Assembly (NCBI RefSeq): GCF_001194135.2
Contig: NC_068983.1
Location: 138,041,306-138,105,305 of the forward strand
From: Octopus bimaculoides
Taxonomy: Eukaryota
Direction of reading: 5' to 3'
DNA: 64,000 nt
Position 1 is the stretch's first letter. The number at the start of each line of letters is the position of its first letter. This document shows, in pieces, positions 25,879 through 39,838 of the stretch. The notes beneath the pieces are model-generated. The model had not been told where the DNA came from, did no database searches, and worked only from the letters and a program-made list of their open reading frames with translations. The position numbers and the translations under genes are program-made.

Positions 25879-28856
25879 NNNNNNNNNNNNNNNNNNNNNN
25901 NNNNNNNNNNNNNNNNNNNNNNNNNNNNNNNNNNNNNNNNNNNNNNNNNNNNNNNNNNNNNNNNNNNNNNNNNNNNNNNNNNNNNNNNNNNNNNNNNNNN
26001 NNNNNNNNNNNNNNNNNNNNNNNNNNNNNNNNNNNNNNNNNNNNNNNNNNNNNNNNNNNNNNNNNNNNNNNNNNNNNNNNNNNNNNNNNNNNNNNNNNNN
26101 NNNNNNNNNNNNNNNNNNNNNNNNNNNNNNNNNNNNNNNNNNNNNNNNNNNNNNNNNNNNNNNNNNNNNNNNNNNNNNNNNNNNNNNNNNNNNNNNNNNN
26201 NNNNNNNNNNNNNNNNNNNNNNNNNNNNNNNNNNNNNNNNNNNNNNNNNNNNNNNNNNNNNNNNNNNNNNNNNNNNNNNNNNNNNNNNNNNNNNNNNNNN
26301 NNNNNNNNNNNNNNNNNNNNNNNNNNNNNNNNNNNNNNNNNNNNNNNNNNNNNNNNNNNNNNNNNNNNNNNNNNNNNNNNNNNNNNNNNNNNNNNNNNNN
26401 NNNNNNNNNNNNNNNNNNNNNNNNNNNNNNNNNNNNNNNNNNNNNNNNNNNNNNNNNNNNNNNNNNNNNNNNNNNNNNNNNNNNNNNNNNNNNNNNNNNN
26501 NNNNNNNNNNNNNNNNNNNNNNNNNNNNNNNNNNNNNNNNNNNNNNNNNNNNNNNNNNNNNNNNNNNNNNNNNNNNNNNNNNNNNNNNNNNNNNNNNNNN
26601 NNNNNNNNNNNNNNNNNNNNNNNNNNNNNNNNNNNNNNNATGCATGCACACATACACATACAATACCTAAAATACACTTACAAACACATTCACATATAAA
26701 TAGTTCGAACTGGAGATATTGATTTACTTCATATTGCAATAACAGACTTGCTGGCCGTCATGTTTATTTATTTACTTTTTTATTCATTTTTTATATATCC
26801 ACCTTACATGATGTATTGGAGAGAAGTTCAGAAAGTGGTAGTTGGGGTTTGTGCGGCTGTCAATCAGTGAACGAAGAACCAATAACTCTAACAGATAACG
26901 AAGAAAATTTCATAAACACATATATAGCTACTTTGAGTGTGGCGTAAAGGTAAGTGTGTAATGTCTTAATGAGACGGAGAGATGAAGGAGGTTCGATTTC
27001 CAGTTTTTGTACCTTCATTAGCAACGTTAATTATATCGTTAGGAAAAATAATATGAACGTTAAATCTCGGCATTTGTTGCTTATGTGGTGATTGTTTAAG
27101 CACGTGATCAAACTGTCCTATAGCTAACGAAGTCTCAGTCATAAATATTTTCGTACATATCACAAATCTAATGTATCTTGCTTGACATTAATTGAAGTAT
27201 CTTTCACTCCAAAGACGATTTAAATGTGATTTAATTGTTATTTCTAGCGAATCGATTGTATAGGAGATAAATTTAAATGTGAACTTCTGAGTAAAAAGAA
27301 ATTGCTGAACGTTTGTGGGTAGGGATAGCTTCAGCACTTTTCTTCAGTAAAAAAGAAAAGGAGAAAGAAAAATGTAGGTTTACTCAGTAAATCGAAACCA
27401 CCCAGTACTCTGTCCTGGTTCAAGTGATCATGGCAGGAACGCATCTGAATACAGGGTATTTAATATATGCTTACCTGCGTCTAAATAAGAAACAACAAAT
27501 CTCGATGAAACAACAAGTTTCGATAAATTACAAGGCAATAGTAGAGTATTAGATTAAAATAAAACGGTGAAGCATAAATTAACATACACCCGACATTCTT
27601 TTGTTAATTTTGGTTGAGGCTTTAGATTTTCATGAAAGAGAATAATAATATTTTGAAGAGTTAATGCTTTGACTAACGGTATTAAGGGCACGAACGTGTT
27701 AAATAAAAGGGGATAAAATATGTACTACCTTTTACACTTATCAAGTTAAGTGTTGTTAGTCTGCCCTCTCCATTAAGTAGTTCTGCTTGAAATGTACCAA
27801 AAGGTGCAGCCGCACCAAACACTCTATTACGGTTCTACATGTGATCATATTGCGCAACAATATACACTGAACGTACAACTTTAAGATCTGCCACAATTGA
27901 ATTTACCTAATTAATAGTGACAGAAACAGTATCAATAAAAAAGGGTAATCTTTATATCCAACTTAATGTGGATGGTTTGTTAGAACACCGAATACTCCGT
28001 TATTTACCCTGAAAGAATTTCTCCAGGTACATAACGCAGTACTTGGTGTTGTAGCAAAGCAATGATATTAAGTGGGATATAAAGATTGCCTTTGAATATA
28101 ACATATTTATAAATTGTTTTGAACTATTTAGAGAATAAAAACAATAAAGGACTTGCAAATTATAAGTTAGCATATATTTAAGATAACGATTAAATTTCTT
28201 TTCTCGTCAATTGTCCCTACCTGCCATCTATTCATCTATATAACCAATTCTATAACTTGGTATCCGCCTTCTCTGATTCATACTTTTTTCCTTTCTCACA
28301 CGCATACACTTACACGTGTGAATTGCAAAAATTCTGTTCTAAAATGCTTAGAGTTGTAAATAGAAAGTTGGGTGAAATATTTCCTCCAAAGTACAAAGGT
28401 AAAAGTTGCAGATTAGCATTATCACTAAAATTGTTTTCAAATAGGATGAATTTCTTTGAAACATAAATGAATATAGAAAGATATATTTGTATATAGAGAG
28501 GAATAGAAAAGGGTATAAAGGTAAAAGTATATGGATGAAGGGTGACAGGGAGGAAGAATAAAAGAGATATATAGGTGCAAGAGTTAGAGGGAAGGTGATG
28601 ATGCAAAAAAAAAAGAATGATATAATACAAGAAGGGTTTTTATAATTCTACAGGATCCGTTTCCACGAGTACAATTGGAGTAAAATTTGGGTAAGTTATA
28701 GATAGAATGTATGTAAGGCAAAATGTGAAAATATAGTTAAATGATATTAATTGAGTGATTACCACTAAATGTATAAGATATAATAATATCTTAACTCTAT
28801 GTAGCTAAATATAAATTGGTGACGTTTGGACACACGCACGCAAGCGCACACGCACG

Positions 28857-28898
<42 letters not shown>

Positions 28899-29639
28899 CA
28901 CACACACACGTACATGCACATTCATATATACATACATATACATACATATGCATATATACATGCATGTACACACACATATGTACAAACACACATTTGAAAT
29001 ATGGACGAAGTAAAAAGTAGATAGAAAGCAAGACTTGAAGGGGCGAGGGAGTAAGTCAATAAACATGTAGAAGTGAATTAGTATGTTTAAAAAAACAAGG
29101 AATTAAAATTAACAACGGTGATAAAAATAAATTTCGTGGAAATTTGTAATTACAAGGAGTAATAAATATAAGATATGAATACAAGTAATAAAATACTATA
29201 CTAAAAATATTAAAATTAGAATCAAAAGTGTTGAATCGAGAGACTTGATGACACTTGTTTATGATAGACAAAAGGAGAATAATAATATAAAATTTTTGAT
29301 TTAAAACTGACAGATGTCAACTTCCCAATAAATTGTCCCAAATTACTTTTATTTATAAAAAAAAAACAACTTGGAGTTAAGGAAATTTAAGTATGTTTTC
29401 CATTAAAATTTAAAGAAGAAATGAAGCTATATGGGAACTTTTAACTAGATTTTTATACAATCAGATAAAGCCAGAAAATTGTATGATATAAACAAAAAAC
29501 ATTAGACTCATTAGTAACATTGTCAAGAATTATAAGGAAACTACTCAACATTAATTCTTAAGGTTAAGTCATAAAAGTAAATCTAAATATCCACACCAGA
29601 AATCATCCTTGATCGAAATAAAGTTAATTTTCGACAAAA

Positions 29640-30560
29640 TTCTTCAAATCAATCAAGCCCACTAAAACTGATTTGGGGGAAATTAGCAAGCACATTCTTG
29701 ACAGAATAACGAAATATCACATTATATTTGTGGTAAAATATTCAATATTAACCAGTTTCAGAGAATTCTTCATAATGCCAACCCCTTAAAATGCACTCCT
29801 CTATTAGTCTTCCTTTCTTTAGTAAAGGCATGATGTCTCCAAATCCATCGTTAACGTCCAAAATTTTGTCATTGATATGATTACTCTTGTTAAGATTCAT
29901 TATGAATTTTAAAATATCACCATATACTCCTTGATGACCACATAGGTAGGGCAATATCAGTAGAAATTAGTGATCCTGCTGGCCTTTTCTGTTTTTACAT
30001 CGTAAAAGCAAATTCCAGTCGTTACAAGGGGGTTTTCATTTGGAAGACAGTGTACCACTGTTAAATAACAGCCAGTCTACACAATTAAGAAAGGAGGAAA
30101 GAATATAGATTATAGGTCACTTCTGAAACTAAATTAAACATAGGTGACTTTTAGATGTAAATTTTAACAATTTTTAGTTTAGAAAATTGAAGAATCATTA
30201 AACTATATCCTTAAAGCAAATAATTTGGTTTAGAAAATTTTGCTTAACATCCCAAACATCTCTCAGCATACAAACCGTTAAAGGAAGCAACACAGTACTA
30301 CAATGGAGCCTTAGGTAGAAGTGATTTTTGAGGCAAATGTTTCTATATCGAACCCACTGCGGTCACACGTATACACCATCACCACCATCAGTAACAGAAA
30401 AAGAATAGAACTGGCAATATCACATGGTATAATCTTCCTTCCTTTTCGTTGTAATTAACTCGACAGCCAGAATTTTTCCTCCTTCTTAGGATATGTTTTA
30501 ATAAGAACACCATTAAAATAACTTATCCTGTTTCAACAATTTGCATTAACTCTATATTCA
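29640..30560 (+). pseudogene. Highly decayed Naiad-type Penelope-like relic
   Basis: SPTKTDLGEISKHILDRIT, TWYNLP (cf. WFNPP) and FNKNTIKITY (cf. FNxxTxKxSYSC). Confidence 0.5.
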
Positions 30561-30614
30561 TTTAATCTTCACAAATTCAATTCTACATAGTAACCCTAAT
30601 AGAAGTTGTAATAT

Positions 30615-30762
30615 TGATTTCAAATTTTAGCACAAGGCCAGCAATTTCGGGAGCGGAGAGGTAAATCGATTACATCGACCTCAGTAATCAACTAGTACTT
30701 ATTTTATCGACCTCCAAGGAATTAATGCAAAGTCGACCACGGCGGAATTTGAACTCAGAATA
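30615..30762 (-). mobile_element. SINE family A, partial
   Basis: gcacaaggccagcaatttc...aatcgattacatcgacc...aaagtcgaccacggcggaatttgaactcagaat. Confidence 0.8.
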
Positions 30763-31066
30763 GTAGTAGCAAGATTAATTATAATTGTTATTTGAACTAC
30801 AAATGTCAGCATAGTGGTATTGTATCCCGTTCCAATGTTACTACCAGCAACTCAGTAAACACGTATATAAGTTTATATTAATATCTTCATGTTATATTAC
30901 AATAAAATCATACATAAATATTCAGGAACTCCAAAAGGAAAGTGAAATTTCAAGCTGGAAATATGTTTTGAGCCAATGGAGAACAGTAGCTAGTGCAATG
31001 TCTTATACACCACCAACTGCAAGGAAATGATCTTTTATTTCTATTATCATCATCATCTGAGTCATA

Positions 31067-31272
31067 TAAGGCGGTATGCTGGCAGAATCGTTAGCATGCC
31101 GGGAAAAATGCTTAGTGACATTTCGTCCAACTTTACATACTGAGTTCACATTCCAGCGAGGTCAGCTTTGCCTTTCATTCTCTGGGTCGATAAAATAAGT
31201 AACAGTTGAGGATTGGGGTCGACTTATTCCCTCCCCCAAACTTGCTGACCTTGTGCCAAAATTTGAAACCAC
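31067..31272 (+). mobile_element. SINE family A
   Basis: aaggcggtatgctggcagaatcgttagc...gagttcacattcc...gcctttcattc...gtcgataaaataagt. Confidence 0.85.
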
Positions 31273-31608
31273 TATTATATGAGTCATCGCCGTCGTCATG
31301 TATCGAACGCCTGCAGTACATTGTCTTCCCGACTATGTTCTCCAGTTGCCATGCAGCTCCTCTCCAACCAACCAACTACTGATATTGTTTACTATTCCTT
31401 CCATGATAATATTTCCAGACATCTACTTCTTCGACTATGGCCATAATACATGAGCTTTTGCTTTTTCGCAGTACTCAGGAGCTGTCGTCTGAGTATATTT
31501 GTTACTTTTTCATCAGTTGTATTTTTGTTATCGTTATTATTTTTATTTTCGATATTTCCATCGCCTTTTTACTTAAGTCTTGCTTCCAATGAAAAAGTGT
31601 CCTGCTGA

Positions 31609-31650
<42 letters not shown>

Positions 31651-33223
31651 NNNNNNNNNNNNNNNNNNNNNNNNNNNNNNNNNNNNNNNNNNNNNNNNNN
31701 NNNNNNNNNNNNNNNNNNNNNNNNNNNNNNNNNNNNNNNNNNNNNNNNNNNNNNNNNNNNNNNNNNNNNNNNNNNNNNNNNNNNNNNNNNNNNNNNNNNN
31801 NNNNNNNNNNNNNNNNNNNNNNNNNNNNNNNNNNNNNNNNNNNNNNNNNNNNNNNNNNNNNNNNNNNNNNNNNNNNNNNNNNNNNNNNNNNNNNNNNNNN
31901 NNNNNNNNNNNNNNNNNNNNNNNNNNNNNNNNNNNNNNNNNNNNNNNNNNNNNNNNNNNNNNNNNNNNNNNNNNNNNNNNNNNNNNNNNNNNNNNNNNNN
32001 NNNNNNNNNNNNNNNNNNNNNNNNNNNNNNNNNNNNNNNNNNNNNNNNNNNNNNNNNNNNNNNNNNNNNNNNNNNNNNNNNNNNNNNNNNNNNNNNNNNN
32101 NNNNNNNNNNNNNNNNNTATATATATATATATATATATATATCGTCACTTCCTTTTCCTGTTAATTTCCTTCTGATTATATATTTACTCTCCTAATGAGT
32201 GTGATATAGTTTTGCTACAGTTTCTATTTTCAACATACTATATATAATATTTCTTTCTGTAGATATCAACCATATCACCAAGGGAATCTTTCATCACCGA
32301 TGTATATTTATTTAGCTACGCAGATTTAACTTATTCACTTTGTTCATTTAGACGTAATGTCTATATTCAAATATGTTTTAGCGACTATTATTCTCTCATT
32401 TTGAGTTACCGAGACTTCGCCTTTAACATGTTTCCTAATTTTACCTCAATTTTACCCGCTTAGATGAATCCCGATAACACTGTAAAACCCATTTCAACGC
32501 TCAGCCATTTTTTAGCTCCTACATCGCTTTCTCTCTTTCTTCCTTGTATCTCCTTCCATCAACGTATTCCTACACCATATCTCTTTCTATTCTTTTCTGT
32601 GTTTCCTGTTTTTTTTTTAATATTAACCTTCAAATAAATACGTTTTATTCAAAACTGTTTTATTGATATATTTATCGATATCTTTACCCTTAGCCAGTTC
32701 TTTGCCTCCTTTTCTGTGGTTTAATGTTTTTTACTAGATTAAAAGAAAAGTATTATGCTCACCTTTCTTTTGACCCCCTTCGCATTTTAGTTCAAAATTT
32801 CCGCACCGTTATTCAATTCGTAAAGTTTTCTCACAAATGTTGTTTACTTTCTCCAGATTATTATTTCTATACAGTTCACTTTCTTTCCCTCTTGCACACA
32901 TTTTTAACAGTCTATTTAAGTTTTACTAAATCTTTTACTTCTATACGGGAATATTCAATTAATTATGCAACACCTTATAAAATTCATACACTACTTATCA
33001 AATAGATAAAATTATCTTGGTTTTTATTTACTATTGATTGTGTCTACTATCAGCATCAGTTATTTCGTATTTGCTTCTTCACACTCTTATGGCCATCTCC
33101 TTCATATTATTACTGTGTCCTATTCCTATTTACTTTAACCCGTGTACATAATTTAATCTATCTATATTACAATACATACATACGTTTATACATACATACA
33201 TATATAAATGTATATCTACATAC

Positions 33224-33269
<46 letters not shown>

Positions 33270-33506
33270 NNNNNNNNNNNNNNNNNNNNNNNNNNNNNNN
33301 NNNNNNNNNNNNNNNNNNNNNNNNNNNNNNNNNNNNNNNNNNNNNNNNNNNNNNNNNNNNNNNNNNNNNNNNNNNNNNNNNNNNNNNNNNNNNNNNNNNN
33401 NNNNNNNNNNNNNNNNNNNNNNNNNNNNNNNNNNNNNNNNNNNNNNNNNNNNNNNNNNNNNNNNNNNCATACTGATTACTTGGATAATTATGCCTGAGCA
33501 ACATGA

Positions 33507-33573
<67 letters not shown>

Positions 33574-34121
33574 TGCCGCTCAGGCATAGTTACGCTAGTA
33601 ATCGGTATATTTGTGGTTTAGAGTAAAGCGTGAGGTGAGTAAAGAGTGTAATATTAATGAATGAATTACAAAAGAACAACAATTACGTCATCACTTTCAT
33701 TAGCTTTCAGTTTTTTATGTTATAAGATGCAGTACACTCAGATGTGAGAGCTTGGCAACATCCTGTAGCCGAAAGAGCTGTAAGCTAATGTAGGTCATTA
33801 CATAACTCCTGTTCGTTCGTCATTCATTAATGTATGTATGTATGTATGTATATTTGTATGTGGGAGCACTATAACTCAGCAAATAGAATCTTAGCAAGTA
33901 ACATTTTAGACAGAGCCACAGCTTAGAAGCGCTAACATTACAAGTCCGAACTAAGCAAGTTCCCAATTTTGGCAAGTATCCAATTCAGTATGTCTTGCAC
34001 AAAAATGAAATAATTGATCAACAGAAATTGACGTCTTAACCTTTGAATTATAAATTGTAATACCTTTAAAAGCCAACTAAACCAAATGCTACAATTTGTA
34101 ATCCATTATCCAGTCAGAAAA

Positions 34122-34322
34122 ATGGAAACCGAAATGAAAATTGTCAAAACACAAAGAGGAAAAGACAAGATCCTCTACAGAGGGCATTCATAAAAGCTGG
34201 AACAAATAGCAAAAATGACTGTTTGCTGGCGATGCAGCGATGAGAATTGTTCTGGGTTGATTTCAACGCCTCTCAACTACAGGGAAGAAGGAAACGCTGA
34301 GTATGCCTGTTAGCATACATGT
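34122..34322 (+). pseudogene. FLYWCH-type zinc-finger relic (MULE transposase N-terminus-like)
   Basis: METEMKIVKTQRGKDKILYRGHS*KLEQIAKMTVCWRCSDENCSGLIST...*HTC follows the S/TQRGKxxLxxxGxxY...WRCxxxxC pattern, with two in-frame stops. Confidence 0.6.
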
Positions 34323-34672
34323 ATACTTTATTTGTGGGTTGACAAGACAACTGATGGTGTCATGTGACGATACCTCCACAGTTGTCTAAGCGTGTCACAT
34401 GGAAGTACTGGCGCTCGCCCCCATACTGGATAAGCACACATATATACTTATATATATATATATATNNNNNNNNNNNNNNNNNNNNNNNNNNNNNNNNNNN
34501 NNNNNNNNNNNNNNNNNNNNNNNNNNNNNNNNNNNNNNNNNNNNNNNNNNNNNNNNNNNNNNNNNNNNNNNNNNNNNNNNNNNNNNNNNNNNNNNNNNNN
34601 NNNNNNNNNNNNNNNNNNNNNNNNNNNNNNNNNNNNNNNNNNNNNNNNNNNNNNNNNNNNNNNNNNNNNNNN

Positions 34673-34720
<48 letters not shown>

Positions 34721-35749
34721 CGTGTGAGTGCGTGTGTGTATTTATATATATTCTTTTCTTTATTTTTCTTCTGTCAACGTTAACTTAAAGGAAAACTGTC
34801 TAAAATATTGGATGCTCAGATTAATTAGCAGAATCATATATTGGCGGCCAGCCATTTTTATGTTGTGCAAACTCAAGCACATCTTAAATCTTCTAAGCTA
34901 ATCTTTACTAGACAGTGAAGTTGTTTTTCAGAAGTTTCCTATTTCAGTTTTTTTCTTTTCAAACTGTCATGCAAACGTTCGACTATCTTTAAAATCACAA
35001 TCGTGTTTTTTGGACATTGCAGTGTTTGATTATCAGTCTATAAACCCAAGAGTTGTCCCATCTTAAGTACCCAAATTGTCCAGGAGCACATCATTTAATT
35101 TTCTTACATTTTTCACGAATTGTTTCCACAAGCTTTACTGTTTTGGCCATGTGTCTGATTTCCTTCTCCCCCATCAAACCTATTTTAAAGCATCAAACAT
35201 AATATCTAGTGTAACCATATTACGCTTTCATTCTGCAGTGCTGTCTTCACTTCAGCTTGACAGTTTGTTTCTTGATATAACATATTTGTAGTAAAAATAG
35301 CACGTAGAAAAATGATCTAATTCTTTTTGATATAAAAACAGAAATGAGAGGATGAAAGGTGAAGGAGTAAGATAGGAGGAAGTACTGCATAACCCTTAGT
35401 TGAAGGGTTATCATGTTCGTCGGCACTTTACCCCTTGCACCTCTGACTTAAACCATAATATCACATTCTATTCCCTCCTACTCACACACACCTACACCCC
35501 ATCCACACATATCTTTGTGTTGACATACAACATATATAGCTACATTGCTATTATGGTGATACTACTATTGTTGGCAGTTGATTATTCAAAACTTGCTGGG
35601 TTAGTAGTGGTGGTGATATTAGTTGCATTAGTTCTCAAGCTAGTGACGATAGTCACAGTGATGGGTGGTATCTTTATTTCGTAATTAGAGTTTTTCAGAT
35701 TATTAACTACTTTAATGCTAGCTAGTGTGTCGAGAAGGTGTCATTGGGC

Positions 35750-36080
35750 CAGGGCTGGCCAACCTGAGGCCGCGGGCCGCATGCAACCCCGCAAACTTTT
35801 ATCTTGGGGCCCACTTGATACTTTCTTGAAATGGGTTTTTTAACACAAACATCTAAAAAATTTTATGAAAAATTAATGATTGTAATGAAAAGTAAAAAAA
35901 AAGAAAAAATACTACTGTTTTTGCAGCGATAATATTTCATTTTGAATCAACGATCATTCATTCATTATCGTAATTAGAGAGAAAGCAAAATGCTTTCTTT
36001 TCTGTCAGTATACAAGCAGCCCTCAAAAAACTTTCTGTGATTAAAGTGGCCCGCAGTGTAATTTGAGTTGGCCAGGCATG
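35750..36080. mobile_element. hAT (Charlie-like) non-autonomous element / MITE
   Basis: Ends cagggctggccaac and gttggccaggcatg (12/14 inverted). Subterminal ggccgcgggccgcatgc and gtggcccgc. Flanks cattgggc/ctttagac are a degenerate 8-bp TSD (5/8). Confidence 0.75.
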
Positions 36081-36680
36081 CTTTAGACTAATAAAGAAGT
36101 TCAGTTTTTAAATTCTTAAAAGTTCCGTAAAGGTGAAATTACAAAATTTATCCCGATATTAGCAGTCATATTTCACAATTCCCGTAAGCGCGAAATGCAT
36201 AGCTTAAGGTAGCAAAAACGGAGCGAATGCCTGTATATATAATAACAGTCTTAGTCGACTGAAGATTGATGATTGCACTCAGTAGACTGAAGAATCTCGA
36301 GTAGACTCTAATAATTTTTTTTATGTATTAAACGTATCTTCCCATTCTACCTTAAGTACTGACTACGGAATCGGGTAATGATTACGCTGAGTGAACCTTG
36401 TGTGGTATATGCACTCGCATATTTTATCATTTTTACACACACACGAATACACACACACGCATACACACACACGCATAAACACACACGCATACACACACAT
36501 ACGCATACACACACACACGCATACACACACACGCATACACAAACACGCATACACACACACACACATACACACATGTACACGTATTTATATGCAATATATA
36601 TGAATGTATAAAGGTGTAGGTGTCTCGTGTATGAGCAAGAACGTTAGTGTGTAATTTTTATGATTGTATGGAGTACTAAG

Positions 36681-36763
<83 letters not shown>

Positions 36764-36770
36764 ATATATA

Positions 36771-36885
36771 TTAAAGAGCGTAGGCTCGAAACCTAAAAGA
36801 CTTTCTTACCTTTCCAAGTGTCAAAATAATACACTTGCTTGTTGTTTATACACCTGTTTTTGTCTTCTGTTTTTCTGTACATTTC

Positions 36886-36892
<7 letters not shown>
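36771..36892 (+). repeat. Short repeat headed by a degenerate hammerhead and ending in (TA)n
   Basis: taaaGAgc-gtag-gctc-GAAAC, then ctttccaagtgtcaaaataatacac, similar to the minus-strand tail at 40370-40477. Confidence 0.4.
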
Positions 36893-36918
<26 letters not shown>

Positions 36919-39494
36919 NNNNNNNNNNATATATATATATATATATATATAGATATATATATATATATATATATACCAGAAACATTCAATATGCGAGTTT
37001 CTACCTAAATTTTATATAAATATTTTATACATATAGGTTTCACAGGAAAAAAAATTTGACTTGTATGTTTGACGGCATATCATTTTTGAGTGGTTTCTGT
37101 TTCATACATGTGAGATCTATGATTATTTAAAGAACGTAAATGAATGAATAAATAAATGAATGAATGAATAAATGAATGAATGAATAAATAATATCTGAAT
37201 TTACCCCGAAGAAAGTCTGTCATATTCGTTATTATCAAATAAGTCTAGCTATGAATAACAATTGGGAATTAGTAAATGTGTGTTATATCAACATAGCTGG
37301 CAGTTATTAAAGTTGTGTTCACACTCTGTTATCTGTGATATATAATCAAACTGCGCCGACTGACTTAATTTATTACATTGTTTCGGTTATGTTATTTACA
37401 AGATATACTGTTTGAAGTTTTGCTATTAGTTCACCTTTCTAACTAAATGTATTGTTATTTCTTCCATTATAACATATTTATTTATTTATATCTATTTATG
37501 TATCAGTCAGATAAGTTCTTAATATCTTAGAATTTTATTATTTAAAAATTTTATTTTTTGTGAAACACAAGCCATTTCCAGAATTTATGTCAGAATGAAG
37601 TATATCAAAATGGTGCCTCAGCATCATTCAAGAATACGTTTCCCAGTTCAAATTTTCTTCACTCTTTTCATCATTTGTCCAACATGTTAAGCGCCGGTAC
37701 CTCAATAAAATATTTAGGTACGTGTTTCGTTTAGTACCTGCTTGCGTGCCTTCAGCAGCGTTCATTGGATTTGATACAAACTTTTGAAACAGACCACTCA
37801 CATCAGTTTGCATTCCACCTATATACTTCTCGCTGAAATCGACCTTTAAGATGTCCAAGGTGGGTTACAATCTCATCAAATTGGGAAGACTTGAAAATGT
37901 AATAGATACTAACATCTCTTCCTCGCTGACTAACTTATAAACATACACACACATATATACACACATAGAAACGCCCCCACACACAAACGCACACATCATT
38001 AATAACAATTTTACAGACTACAAGGATTCAAAGAATCAATATCTCGCAATCGGTGCAGATACGTTAAATGAATGTTGTAGATACTGAGTTACAAGTTTTG
38101 TTTTGGGTTTATATTAACTAATGTTGTTTTACTTCAGACAGGTGAATTAATTATACATCTCACTATTCATTACACAGGTGAGAGCAGAGACTTAGGTTAT
38201 ACTGAAAAGGTAACAGCAAACAATTCCTATACATCCTTTCCAGGAAGATGCTATAAATGCTGCATAAATACTTCGGTGGCAGAGACGATAGAAATCATAA
38301 TAACGAACCCAGAACAAAGGCCATCTATGATACCAGAAAACATATTAAAAACTGCTCATGATATTTACAGCTGAAATGCATTTTTGCTGCCCATAAGATG
38401 CAAACAAACAGGTGGAGTAGTTATGCTATTCTTTTTCTTTAATTTTTTCTCCAATTCGTTTGAAAGTAATACTTTTTGCTATACTAGTGTATTATTATAC
38501 TTCTTCTATGCATTCAGCAACTATAAAGGTATGCATGTACTTATATTCAAGAGAATGTAATTTCTTTCACTATCGTATTATTGTTATGGTTATTGTTATT
38601 TTTGCCATTCAAAGTATTGCTTTTAAGGTATTGCTACTTTTTACGACTGACGACGCTGTTGTTAATGCAGTTATTATCAAAAGTGTCTACATTAATATTA
38701 ATGTATTTTTCTAAGAATCGCCGCTATTATTTATTTTAGACTTGCTATTTACTCCTATTTTCTTTCCTTCCTTCAAAGGAGAAAATTGGTTACTGCTATA
38801 ACGAGAATCATCTCCCACCGTAACCAGTATAACAACGCTGAAATGAATTTCTGATGTCCATGCAACAATAAATAATATAACTTCCCTCCTAATGGGGAAT
38901 ATATATAAATATTAAGCTTCACTCTTCTTTCTTGGCGTAAAAACCATAAAATAAATACAAGGTATTCAGTTAGAGAAAACAAAATACATTTGTCAAACGA
39001 GAGCTGCTTCAAGACACATCTTTCTGAGGAAAGTTTCTGCAACAACGGCAACAGCAACAGCAGCAACAACAACACTCACAATTATAATAACTAATATTAA
39101 TTCCAGTTGATTTTTAACACTAGAATCTTTACTTTACCGAAATATATATAATCAGTTGAAATAAATGGACAAAGTATACAAGTGGAATGGGTTGGCTTTA
39201 AGCCTCCAGGAAGAAATACAATAGTTAAGATGTAATTCTATAGGAGGGATGAAACTGAAGATAATTGAGCAATAATGAAAATGGCAGTAAAGGCACTTTC
39301 GGCATTTTATGATTTAAAAGTTACAGTATTTATTATCAGGTTATGTTTATGAAATGTAACAGGCAGGAGTAAAATCTACTTTAAATTGTTTATATTGTTT
39401 TAGAAAATGCTATTACGATTATATGAAAATGAAAATTAAAATAGAAAAATCAAAACTATATTCTAAGTGTATTTTTGTCTACTGATTACATGGG

Positions 39495-39519
39495 GATCTA
39501 AATAATAATAATAATAATG

Positions 39520-39583
<64 letters not shown>

Positions 39584-39607
39584 TGATAATAACAATGATA
39601 ATAATAA
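39495..39607 (+). repeat. (TAA)n microsatellite, likely the SINE tail
   Basis: Long AAT run abutting the 3' end of the minus-strand SINE. Confidence 0.9.
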
Positions 39608-39812
39608 TGCTTTCAAATTTCGCCACAAAGGCAGTTTGGGGAAGGGCATGAGTGGATTACATCGACCCTAGTTTTCAATTGGTACTTATTTTATCAACCC
39701 CGATAGGATGAAAGGCAAAGTCGACCTCGGCGAAAATTGAACTCAACGTAGTGACAGGCGAAAAGCCGCTAAGCGTTTCCCCGGCGTGCTAAAGATTCTA
39801 CCTAGATAACTG
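39608..39812 (-). mobile_element. SINE family A
   Basis: gattacatcgacc...ggatgaaaggcaaagtcgacctcggcg...ccggcgtgctaaagattct. Confidence 0.85.
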
Positions 39813-39838
39813 CCCTACTACTACTACTACTACTACTA

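Noticed and set aside
21901-26739. Long ORFs of 230-410 aa in the track
   Set aside because: They consist of N-gaps and dinucleotide repeats (poly-X, YIYI, HTHT, CVCV).
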